From positions 1 to 34,091 of the forward strand of contig JAIROU010000131.1 in assembly GCA_031257375.1 (NCBI GenBank): a DNA stretch of 34,091 nt, read 5' to 3'. The DNA comes from Bifidobacteriaceae bacterium. Its GTDB lineage: Bacteria; Actinomycetota; Actinomycetes; Actinomycetales; WQXJ01. A program made the translations under genes and the position numbers. Shown piece by piece: positions 7,077 through 15,666 of the stretch. The notes under the pieces are model-generated. The model ran no database searches and was not told where the DNA came from. It saw only the letters and a program-made list of their open reading frames with translations. Within the stretch, counting starts at the first letter, position 1; each line of letters starts with the position of its first letter.

Positions 7077-9938
7077 TCAGACATGGCTGTGGGCTCCCCA
7101 CCAGCCGTCGTCCTGGGGTGGGATGCCCGCCGCCGGCCCGACCAGGCGGTGGCTGCCCGATCCGAGCGTGGCCGCCGCCGGCCCGCCGCCGGGCATGACC
7201 ACGTCGGCCTGGCAGCCGGGCGGGACATCGACTTCGACGGCGAACTGGCCCCGGTCGATCTCCCAGCTGACGGCGGCCCGGCCGTAGGGGGTCAGATGGG
7301 TCGTCTTGCACCAGGTCAGGCCCCCGCCCGGGAGCGGCGCCACCCGCATCCGCCGGTAGCCCGGCTCGGCCGGGGCGAGCCCTCCAACATGGCGGTGCAG
7401 CCAATCCAAGACGAACGCGAACACCGGATGGTTGAAGGACACCATGTCGCCGGGGTTGAGCCGCCCGTCCGGCAAGATCGCGTCCCACCGCTCCCAGAAG
7501 GTAGTGGCGCCCAGGGCCAGCGGGTAACGCCACGAGCCGACGCCCCGGCCCGCCAGCAGCCGGTGGACCAGTGGATATTGTCCGATGCCGACCAGCGCGT
7601 CGAGCAGGGCGGCCGTGCCCGGGTAGCCGGCCTCGACGGCGCCCCGCCGTCGCAGCAAGGTCACCAACCGCTCTCCCGCCCGGCCGCGTTTGCCCGCCTC
7701 GATGGCGTCGAAGGCGAGCGCCATGGCGTAGGCGGCCTGAGAATCAGAGGCCACGAATCCTTCGGGACTGACATAGCGGCGGTCGAACGCCTCCAACACC
7801 TGCCTCAGCAGGCTCTCCAACCGCCCGACCAGCGCCGCCGCCATCACCGCTGCGGGCGCGGTCGAAACCGCTGGTCCGGAACCCCGCGCGGGCGGGGCGA
7901 CCACCGGCGGGGGCGGCCGGCCGACGGCGGGCGACCCGACGGCATCGGGCGACGGGTCGGGATCGGGCAAAAGGCCGGCCGCCAACGCGGGCTGCGCGCG
8001 CCCGGCGACCTCGCGGGCGGCGGCCAACGCCAGCCGGGCCGAGCGGACCGCCCCCAAGGCCATCGCCACGTCCCATTCGGTTCGGCCGTTCTCGGGATTG
8101 TCGGGCGGGGCGGTGGGGTCCAGCCAGTCGCCGAACTGGAATCCGGGCGTCGGGAAGCCGGACAGGACCTCGGCGCCGACCCGCTCGGCCCAGGCGGCCA
8201 TCGACCCCAGCTGCCGCGCCAGCATGTCCAAATCGCCGGTCTGGCGGTAGAGCGCCCAGGGCGCGACGCAGGCCGCGTCGCCGAAGACGCCGCACGGGTA
8301 GGGCTCGGGAAACGGCTCCAGCGGCACGTGGGGCACCACCAAGGTGGGGCAGCCGTCGGCGAACTGGTCCTTCGCCAAATCATCCAACCAGGACGAATGC
8401 CAGCCGGCGGTGTCGAACAGGAAGGCCGCCGCGGGCAGCACGTAGGCCGCGTCGCCGATCCAGCCCAGGCGCTCGTCCCGGCACATGCAGTCGGTCGGGG
8501 CGTCGATCATGTTGCCCGCGATGCCCCAAACGCCGTTGGCGTGGAGCCGGTTCAACTCCGGGTCGGAGCACTCGAACCAACCCGTCCGCGCCAGGTCGTT
8601 GCGCCACAGCCGCGCCCGCAACGACGACTTGTCGAGCGCCCCGGCCGGGTCTTCGACCTGGACGTAGCGGAAGGACCGGAAGGTGAACTCCGGCGCCCAG
8701 TCCAGCTTGCCTTGGCCGCCCAGGACGGCTCGGTCGGTGTTCGATGCCGTCCGCTGCGGCCGCGTCGCCAACTCGCCTTGGTCAAGGACCTCGGCGAAGC
8801 GCAATTCGACCGACGCCCCCGCTTGGCCGCGCAGCGACAGGGCCACATGGCCGGTCACGACCTGTCCGAAATCGGCTATCTGCCGTCCGGCGGGCGTCCG
8901 CAGCCAGGTCTGCGGACGGCGCTCTGCGACCACGCGCACGGGCGGGAATTGGGGTGCGACCAGTGCGGCGGCCGGCGGCGGGTCGGTTCGCACCGGGCGC
9001 CAGGCGCCCGCGTCGAAGTCGGCCGCGTCCCAGCCGACGGGCTCTTTGGCCTGGTCAAAGGCCTCGCCGTCATAAATCGACGTGCGGATTGTGCCGCCGA
9101 AGCCGGACCGCCAGTGTTGGTCGGAGACCACCACGACTGTGGCGCCGTCCGCCAGGGTAACCTCGAGCCGTACCAACAGGCCGGGCGCGTCGCCGTAGTT
9201 GCGGCGGCGCCCGCCCCGCCACCAGCCCAGCCGGCCGGCGAACCAGCCCTCGGCCAGGCGGGCGGCGATCACGTTGCGGCCGGGCGCCAATTGCGCCGTC
9301 ACGTCGTAGACGTGGTAGCGCAGGCGGTGCCCATAGGAGGTCCAGCCGGGCAGCATCCGGTCTTGGCCCACCCGGCGGCCGTTCAGCCTGAACTCGGCCG
9401 CCCCCTGGGCGCTGGCGTACAGCCGGGCCGCGGCGACCGGCGCCGCCAGGCTGAATTCGCGCCGCAAATAGGCGCACGAGTCTTCGGGCTGGCTGACCGG
9501 CCGGATGATCGAGGCGGCCCAGTCCTCGCGGGACAACAGGCCCGCCTCGACTTCTAGCCAATCTGACCAGGGCGTGGGCGCGGGGCCGCGCGCGGGGCCG
9601 GGTTCGGGGGCACCCGTCCCAGCGCCCCAGACCCGCACCGCCACTTGCAGACGCTGGCGCGAGACCAGCGGCTCGAATGGCCAGGGGACCAGGATTTGGC
9701 GGTCGCCGGACTGCTTGGGCCCCAGTTCGATCCCGGCCGGGCGGTCTTCGGGCCGGGCGGCCTCGGGGCCTGTCTGCAAACCCGGCGCCGGCGCCGGGCA
9801 GCCGCGGAGCCGAAACTGGTAGGCCGTCTGGCGCCAACCGGGCGTGGCCGTCTCGACGTTCCAACTCAGACGCGGGGCTGGCACGCCGACCACCGGCCCT
9901 GGCGCGTGCTCGGCTGCGAACCGGCTGATAGTGGACAT
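7077..9938 (-). CDS. Glycoside hydrolase family 78 (alpha-L-rhamnosidase-like)
   Basis: PRLSW N-terminus, DFGQ, F+Y motif FTFRSFRYVQV, PTDCMCRDERLGWIGD (acid Glu), ATTFWERWD (base Glu), SFNH, TPYG. No signal peptide seen. Confidence 0.92.
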   Translation of the reverse strand: MSTISRFAAEHAPGPVVGVPAPRLSWNVETATPGWRQTAYQFRLRGCPAPAPGLQTGPEAARPEDRPAGIELGPKQSGDRQILVPWPFEPLVSRQRLQVAVRVWGAGTGAPEPGPARGPAPTPWSDWLEVEAGLLSREDWAASIIRPVSQPEDSCAYLRREFSLAAPVAAARLYASAQGAAEFRLNGRRVGQDRMLPGWTSYGHRLRYHVYDVTAQLAPGRNVIAARLAEGWFAGRLGWWRGGRRRNYGDAPGLLVRLEVTLADGATVVVVSDQHWRSGFGGTIRTSIYDGEAFDQAKEPVGWDAADFDAGAWRPVRTDPPPAAALVAPQFPPVRVVAERRPQTWLRTPAGRQIADFGQVVTGHVALSLRGQAGASVELRFAEVLDQGELATRPQRTASNTDRAVLGGQGKLDWAPEFTFRSFRYVQVEDPAGALDKSSLRARLWRNDLARTGWFECSDPELNRLHANGVWGIAGNMIDAPTDCMCRDERLGWIGDAAYVLPAAAFLFDTAGWHSSWLDDLAKDQFADGCPTLVVPHVPLEPFPEPYPCGVFGDAACVAPWALYRQTGDLDMLARQLGSMAAWAERVGAEVLSGFPTPGFQFGDWLDPTAPPDNPENGRTEWDVAMALGAVRSARLALAAAREVAGRAQPALAAGLLPDPDPSPDAVGSPAVGRPPPPVVAPPARGSGPAVSTAPAAVMAAALVGRLESLLRQVLEAFDRRYVSPEGFVASDSQAAYAMALAFDAIEAGKRGRAGERLVTLLRRRGAVEAGYPGTAALLDALVGIGQYPLVHRLLAGRGVGSWRYPLALGATTFWERWDAILPDGRLNPGDMVSFNHPVFAFVLDWLHRHVGGLAPAEPGYRRMRVAPLPGGGLTWCKTTHLTPYGRAAVSWEIDRGQFAVEVDVPPGCQADVVMPGGGPAAATLGSGSHRLVGPAAGIPPQDDGWWGAHSHV

Positions 9939-10055
9939 CTGCGACCATCCTCACTGCGATCATTGCCCGCGAACTTGCCATCCAAGAAGTACGATAGCGC
10001 GCTTATCAAATCAGCGAAAGCGGTCGCGCGTTACCAAAATGTGAGGAAAAGATCC

Positions 10056-10085
10056 TTGACAGGATACACCGGACGGCCATACGCT
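10056..10085 (+). promoter_or_regulatory. Sigma-A type promoter of the sugar-utilisation operon
   Basis: TTGACA (10056-10061), 18 nt spacer, TACGCT (10080-10085). Confidence 0.7.
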
Positions 10086-10187
10086 CATAGAAACACAAAC
10101 AGAAAGTTGCCGGACGGCGTTGTCCGCAGCGGATCTCGCTTCCTTTCGGTATCGCCCGGCAGACCTGGCAGAAAGGGACCTTGTCGC

Positions 10188-11273
10188 ATGCAAACCCCAG
10201 CCCGATTTGCGGTCGTCGGCACCGGCTGGCGGGCCGAGTTCTTCTGCCGCCTCGCCCGCGCCCTGCCGGCCAAGCTCGAGGTGTCGGCGGTGATCGGGCG
10301 GACGGCCCAGTCGGCGGCCCGCGTGGCCGAGCGTTGGGGCGTCAAGACCGCCAGGCTGGACGATCTGCCGGCCCAAGCCAATGACTTCGTGGCCGTGGCC
10401 GTGCCCTGGCCGGACACGCCCGGCCTGACGGCCGACCTGGCCGAGGCCGGCCACCACGTCCTGGCCGAGACGCCCCCGGCGCCGGATTTGGAGGGCCTGC
10501 GCGCCTTGTGGCGGCGGCTGCGCCCCCGCCGGGAATTGGTCCAAGTGGCCGAGCAATACCCGCTCATGCCGGGCCACGCCGCGCGGCTGGCGGTGTGCCG
10601 GTCGGAGGCGATTGGGCGCGTCAACTCGGTCGAAGTGGCGTCGACGCACCTCTATCACGCGGCGGCCTTGGTTCGGAGCTTTCTGGGCGTCGGCCTGACC
10701 GCGACGATCGTCACCGCCCGGGCGATGACCGCGCCCTTGATCGACCCGCTGCGCTTCGAGGGCTGGCTCCCAGACCCCCGGCCCGAGCCGCGCACCACCC
10801 ACCTCGCGATCCTGGACTTCGGCCAGGGCCGTCACGGCCTGTACAACTTTGTCGACAACCAATGGTGGAACCCGCTGCTCCACCGGCGGATCACCATCCG
10901 CGGGTCGGCCGGGGAGATCCAGGACGACGCCGTCATCCACTGGTCGGGCGCGGTGCCGGTGAACTCGCGCATCGAGTACCGCCGGGCTGGGATCGACCTG
11001 TCGTTGGAGGGCAACGAGATCAAGGAAGCCACCTTCGAGGGGCAGGTGGTCTGGTCAAACGCCCACGTCGGGGCGAACCTGTCAGAGGACGACCTGGCCG
11101 TGGCCGACCACCTGTGCGCCGAAGGCGCCTATGCCCGCGACCAAGGCCCCGCCCCCTACCCCCTGGCCGGAGGACTCCACGACCACGCCATCGGCTTGGC
11201 CATCGAGGCCTCCGCCCGCCAGGGCCGCGACCTGCCGGTCGAATCCGAGCCCTGGATGGAGGCGGCATCGTGA
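10188..11273 (+). CDS. Gfo/Idh/MocA family oxidoreductase (ETPP variant)
   Basis: FAVVGTGWRA Rossmann start, HVLAETPPA, VQVAEQY. ATG 10188 follows a GAAAGGGA RBS. Confidence 0.85.
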   Translation: MQTPARFAVVGTGWRAEFFCRLARALPAKLEVSAVIGRTAQSAARVAERWGVKTARLDDLPAQANDFVAVAVPWPDTPGLTADLAEAGHHVLAETPPAPDLEGLRALWRRLRPRRELVQVAEQYPLMPGHAARLAVCRSEAIGRVNSVEVASTHLYHAAALVRSFLGVGLTATIVTARAMTAPLIDPLRFEGWLPDPRPEPRTTHLAILDFGQGRHGLYNFVDNQWWNPLLHRRITIRGSAGEIQDDAVIHWSGAVPVNSRIEYRRAGIDLSLEGNEIKEATFEGQVVWSNAHVGANLSEDDLAVADHLCAEGAYARDQGPAPYPLAGGLHDHAIGLAIEASARQGRDLPVESEPWMEAAS

Positions 11274-11785
11274 AAGGCCGGAGCGGGCGCGTCGAAGGCG
11301 CCGCCGGCAGCGGCCGGATCGTCAAGCTGGGGATCGTCACGGCCGACGCGGCCGCCACGGCCAACGCTTACCGCTCGATCTTTCCCACCGCCCCGGCCCC
11401 GCCTGAGCCGCCCATCCCGCCTTTCAGCGCCCGGCCCCACCGGTGCTATCGGGGCGAGCCGGCCGGGAAGATCCCGCTGCGGGTCGAGCACGTCTTCACC
11501 GAGAACCTCTGGTTCGAGATCATCGAGCCCGTCGGTGACGCGCCCAGCCCTTGGAAAGACCACCTCGACCGCCACGGCGCCTCGGTCTGTTTCGCGTCGG
11601 TCGAGACGTTTGACGGCTTCGAGGACCGCGCCGAAGCCATGAACCAGGCCGGTTTCGCGACCCTCTACGTCGAGGAGAAGGGCTTCGAGCGATACGCCTA
11701 CTTCGACACCGCGTCGACCACCGGCCTATTGGTAGAAATCAAGGACAAGAGCCCCCGGGCAGAAAGTGAGAACCCAAGTGACTAA
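11270..11785 (+). CDS. VOC (glyoxalase / methylmalonyl-CoA epimerase-like) family protein
   Basis: GTGA overlap with the upstream stop; KLGIVTAD, FEIIEP...SPWKDHLDRHG, YAYFDT...GLLVEI. Confidence 0.78.
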   Translation: MKGRSGRVEGAAGSGRIVKLGIVTADAAATANAYRSIFPTAPAPPEPPIPPFSARPHRCYRGEPAGKIPLRVEHVFTENLWFEIIEPVGDAPSPWKDHLDRHGASVCFASVETFDGFEDRAEAMNQAGFATLYVEEKGFERYAYFDTASTTGLLVEIKDKSPRAESENPSD

Positions 11786-13154
11786 GAAGCTCAAGCGGAC
11801 AATGGCCGCGCTGGCCGCGGCCGCCGTGACCGCCGCCGGCCTGACGGCCTGCGCCGGCCCCTCCGGCGGGACCGGCGCCGAGGATGACGTGGCGCCGGCC
11901 GGCACCGACGCCGAAGCCTCGATCATCTGGTACGGCTGGACGCCCGGCCCGCCGGCGACTGACAACTACATCAAAGCCTTCAACGAGATGTACCCGAATA
12001 TCAAGGTCGAGTGGAAACAGGTCGACATCGACGGCTACAACGCCGCCGTGCGCCCGGCCATCGCCTCGGACTCCAGCCCGGACGTGTACCAGATGTCGGC
12101 CGGGTCGGCCAACGGCGGGGCCGTGATCTTCGGCGACAGCGCCCTCGACCTGACCAACGACGTCAAGAACCTGCTAGGCGACGATTGGCGGTCAAAGTTC
12201 TCGGCCGTGGCCATCGACACGATGACGGTGAACGACCGCCTGGTCGCCCTGGCCGCCGGCATGGTCTACGCCGGCAACCTGTGGATCAACCAGGACATCT
12301 TCGACAAGTACGGCTTGACGGCGCCCACCACCCTGGACGAGTGGAAGACGGTCTGCGCGACCCTCGAGTCGAACGGCGTCGGCTGCTTCGTCCAAGGGGT
12401 CGCCCAGGGGGCCTTCGACATCGACACCTTGCACGCCATCGCCGAGCAGGTCGAGCCCGGCTGGTTCGACAAGGCTCTGACCGGTCAGGCCAAGTGGACG
12501 GACGAGCAGTGGGTGCAGACCCTCGAGTTGTGGAAGCGGCTGTTCGACGAGGGCATCATGCAAGACGGCGCCGCCGGCCTGATGCAATACCCGGAGGTCA
12601 ACAACGCCTTCCTGGCGCAGGAATACGCCATGGTCATGATGGGCACCTGGTACACCATGTACGTCCAGCCCGAGACCATGAAACAGGCCATGGAGGCGGC
12701 CGGCGTGGCCGATCCAGTGCCGTTCACCATCACGCCGATCATGCTGCCTGACCTGGTCGGCAAGGGTAACACCGGGCACCTGTTCGCAGACCCTGACTAC
12801 GCCAACGGCGTCTCCGCCAAGTCGAAGAACGTGGCCGCGGCCAAGGCCTTCACCCTGTGGTACTCGGCCAGGCCGGAAGGCCAGCAGGCGATCGCTGACT
12901 CGCTCAACCTGCTGCCGGTCCTCAGCGGCGTCACCCCGAACTGGGACAACATCGAACTGGTCAATCCCGAAGTCCAGGAAAGCGCCGTCAAGGACCTTTT
13001 CGAGGTGGCTGAAAGCTCGACTTCGCAGCGCTTCGGCGGCATCTCCGCCGACATGAACGACGCCCTGGTGGTGACGGCCCAATCGGTCGCCACCGGTCAA
13101 GCCACGCCGCAGCAGGCCGCCGAGACCCTTCAGTCCACAGCCGACTCTCTGTAA
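11778..13154 (+). CDS. Carbohydrate ABC transporter substrate-binding lipoprotein
   Basis: Basic N-terminus, hydrophobic stretch and lipobox LTAC; SBP_bac_1 features (WINQDIFDKYGL..PTTLDE, AMVMMGTW). Start may be 11766. Confidence 0.92.
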   Translation: MTKKLKRTMAALAAAAVTAAGLTACAGPSGGTGAEDDVAPAGTDAEASIIWYGWTPGPPATDNYIKAFNEMYPNIKVEWKQVDIDGYNAAVRPAIASDSSPDVYQMSAGSANGGAVIFGDSALDLTNDVKNLLGDDWRSKFSAVAIDTMTVNDRLVALAAGMVYAGNLWINQDIFDKYGLTAPTTLDEWKTVCATLESNGVGCFVQGVAQGAFDIDTLHAIAEQVEPGWFDKALTGQAKWTDEQWVQTLELWKRLFDEGIMQDGAAGLMQYPEVNNAFLAQEYAMVMMGTWYTMYVQPETMKQAMEAAGVADPVPFTITPIMLPDLVGKGNTGHLFADPDYANGVSAKSKNVAAAKAFTLWYSARPEGQQAIADSLNLLPVLSGVTPNWDNIELVNPEVQESAVKDLFEVAESSTSQRFGGISADMNDALVVTAQSVATGQATPQQAAETLQSTADSL

Positions 13155-13158
13155 AGCC

Positions 13159-14055
13159 ATGGCCATCCGGACAGGTTCCAGGCGGGCCCGCGGGCGCAAT
13201 CAAGCCCCGGGCCTGCCCTGGATACTCCCGGCCATGGCTCTGGTGGTCGGGCTCATCTACTACGCCATCGGAGACACCTTCTACATCTCGACGCTGGACT
13301 GGAACGGCGTCAGCCCGTTCGCGGAAGAGGTCGGGGCCGGCAACTTCGCCAAGATGTTCGCCGACCCCGTCTTCTGGCAGTCGCTGACGCACACGGCCGT
13401 CTTCTTCGTCTGCACCTTCGCCCTGCAAACCCTGATCGGCTTCACCTTCGCGGCCATCCTCCACACCGAGGTCAAGCTGCGCACCGTGCACAAGGTGATC
13501 GTGTTCCTGCCCACGGTGCTGGCCCCGGCGACCATGGCCCCGACCTTCCGGCTGCTGTTCTCCGACGCGGGCATGCTGAACGACATCTTGCGCGGCATCG
13601 GCCTCGACAAACTGGCCCACCCATGGCTGGCCGACCCGAACACCGCCCTGCCGACCATCATGCTGATCACCGTCTGGCAGTGGACGGGCATGACGTTCAT
13701 CCTCTACTACGCCTCGATGAGCCAAATCGACAGCGACATCCTCGAGGCGGCGCGCTTGGACGGGGCCGGCAACTTCCGGGTGCTGTCCGCCATCGTCTGG
13801 CCGTCGTGCCGGGGCACCACCACGGTGATGGCGATCCTCGGCTTCATCGGCGCGCTCAAGACCTTCGACGTGCCGTGGCTGGTGACGGTGGGCGGCCCCA
13901 ACCACGCCACCGAGTTCCTCGGCACCTACATTTACCGCCAGGGCATCCGCAACTCCCACGTCGGCTACGCCGCCGCGATTTCGTTGGCCCTGCTGGTGCT
14001 GGCGGTGGCAGGCGCCATCCTCATGACGCTGAACAATCGGAGGCAGGCGAAATAA
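13159..14055 (+). CDS. Carbohydrate ABC transporter permease (MalF-like)
   Basis: EAARLDGAG EAA loop; multiple TM helices; GGPNHAT. Confidence 0.93.
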   Translation: MAIRTGSRRARGRNQAPGLPWILPAMALVVGLIYYAIGDTFYISTLDWNGVSPFAEEVGAGNFAKMFADPVFWQSLTHTAVFFVCTFALQTLIGFTFAAILHTEVKLRTVHKVIVFLPTVLAPATMAPTFRLLFSDAGMLNDILRGIGLDKLAHPWLADPNTALPTIMLITVWQWTGMTFILYYASMSQIDSDILEAARLDGAGNFRVLSAIVWPSCRGTTTVMAILGFIGALKTFDVPWLVTVGGPNHATEFLGTYIYRQGIRNSHVGYAAAISLALLVLAVAGAILMTLNNRRQAK

Positions 14056-14844
14056 ATGTTTGAGATCCGTCGGCTGTCCGCGAAGATAACCATTCAAGTC
14101 GTCTTGGCCCTGCTGGCCATCCCGTACCTCATCCCGCTGGTGCAAATGGTGGTCGGCTCGTTGCGCGGCACCGGCTTCGGCAATTACGAGGCGGTCTGGA
14201 ACACCGGCGTGGTGCCCCGCTTCTTCCTGAACTCGGCCATAGTCGCCGCCGGGACCATCGCGATAGTCTACGCGGTGACCATGACGGCGGCCTTCGGCTT
14301 CGCCAAATTGCGCATCTTCGGCAAAGAAGTCTATTTCTGGCTGCTGCTGGCCGCTTTGACGCTGCCCGAAGTGGTCCTTTTGACGCCGCTTTTCGTCACC
14401 GCCAACACCCTCGGCATGTATGACACGCTCCTGGCCGTGATTCTGCCGTTGGCGGCCTTGCAGGCCCCGTTCACCATTTTGCTGGCGCGCAATTTCTACG
14501 ATGGCGTGCCGACAGAATTGATGGAGGCGGGCCGCGTCGACGGGGCGGGCGTGGTCAAAGTCTTCTGGCACATCATCCTGCCGCTGACCAGGCCGATAGC
14601 CGCCGCCATAATAGTGCTGACGCTGCTGAACGCGTGGAACTCATATCTTCTGCCCCTGGTCATGCTCCAGAGCGCGGACCATCAAGTGGTGACGCTGTTG
14701 CCGCAATTCTTCGTCGGCGAATTCGCCAACGACCAAACCAAGGTGCTGGCCTCCGCGGTCATCATCGCTATTCCGGAAGTGGTGGCTTACATATGTCTGC
14801 AGAAGTACTTCGAACGGGGCCTGTCGGCGGGGGCGCTCAAGTGA
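14056..14844 (+). CDS. Carbohydrate ABC transporter permease (MalG-like)
   Basis: ELMEAGRVDGAG EAA loop; WNSYLLPLV; LQKYFERGLSAGALK C-terminus. Confidence 0.93.
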   Translation: MFEIRRLSAKITIQVVLALLAIPYLIPLVQMVVGSLRGTGFGNYEAVWNTGVVPRFFLNSAIVAAGTIAIVYAVTMTAAFGFAKLRIFGKEVYFWLLLAALTLPEVVLLTPLFVTANTLGMYDTLLAVILPLAALQAPFTILLARNFYDGVPTELMEAGRVDGAGVVKVFWHIILPLTRPIAAAIIVLTLLNAWNSYLLPLVMLQSADHQVVTLLPQFFVGEFANDQTKVLASAVIIAIPEVVAYICLQKYFERGLSAGALK

Positions 14845-15581
14845 GCGGCGCGTTGGCCGGCCGCCTGGCCGTGGTGACGGCGGGGACCCGCGGCATCGGC
14901 CGCGCCGTGGTCGACCGGTTCGTGGCCGAGGGCGCCCATGTGGTGACGTCCGCCCGCACCGCCGCGTCGGGCGAGGAATTGGTGGCGACGCACGGCGACA
15001 AGGTCACCTTCGTGGTGGCCGATGCCGCCAAAACGGCCGATCTGCCAGCCCTGGTTCAGGCCGTCAAGGCTCAGGGCCGGCCCCTGGACGTGATCGTCAC
15101 CAACGCCGGCGGCGGGCCGCACACCTGGCTGCGCTCGCCCGAGGCCGATTATGAGGCCGTCATGGATGTGACAGTGCGATCTGCCCTGTTCGCCGTGCAG
15201 GCGCTTGAGCCGCTGCTGCGCGACGGCGCCGCGATTGTCTTGATCGGCTCGATCTCTGGTTCCAACGGCGGACCCGGCGCCATTGTCTACAACGCCGCCA
15301 AAGCCGCCATCCGCTCGCTGGCCCGGTCCTTGGCCGCCGAACTGGGCGGACGCCGAATCAGGGCCAACGTCGTGTCGCCCGGCCCCACGCTGACGCCCGG
15401 CTTCCAGGTCTACATGAACAACGACCAGGCGGCGATCGACCAGATGGGCGAATCCATCCCGCTGGGCCGCGCCGGCCAACCGGCCGAGGTCGCGGCCGCC
15501 GTCCTGTTCATGGCCTGCGACGAGTCCAGTTTCATCGACGGCGCGGAACTGGTGGTCGATGGCGGGATGTCCCAAGTCTGA
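14841..15581 (+). CDS. SDR family NAD(P)-dependent oxidoreductase
   Basis: TAGTRGIG, TNAG, catalytic S...YNAAK, IRANVVSPG, VDGG; GTGA overlap with the permease stop. Confidence 0.92.
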   Translation: MSGALAGRLAVVTAGTRGIGRAVVDRFVAEGAHVVTSARTAASGEELVATHGDKVTFVVADAAKTADLPALVQAVKAQGRPLDVIVTNAGGGPHTWLRSPEADYEAVMDVTVRSALFAVQALEPLLRDGAAIVLIGSISGSNGGPGAIVYNAAKAAIRSLARSLAAELGGRRIRANVVSPGPTLTPGFQVYMNNDQAAIDQMGESIPLGRAGQPAEVAAAVLFMACDESSFIDGAELVVDGGMSQV

Positions 15582-15666
15582 CCCGGCGGCGGCGCCGCGA
15601 ACCCGGCCGGCCGGCGCGCGCCGCCGCCTCTGCAACCAAACCAACCTTTGCCTGCAGGAGTGATTC

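Noticed and set aside
7083-9557. 824-aa plus-strand ORF
   Set aside because: Antisense shadow of the GH78 gene caused by high-GC codon bias; no recognisable domain. The same applies to 13..684, 730..1233, 5907..7064 and 12988..14571.
9645-10187. Long N-terminal extensions in the ORF track (also 3047, 10508, 14634 and 26193 starts)
   Set aside because: They overlap neighbouring genes or promoters; downstream starts with an RBS or coupled stop-start fit the family N-termini better.
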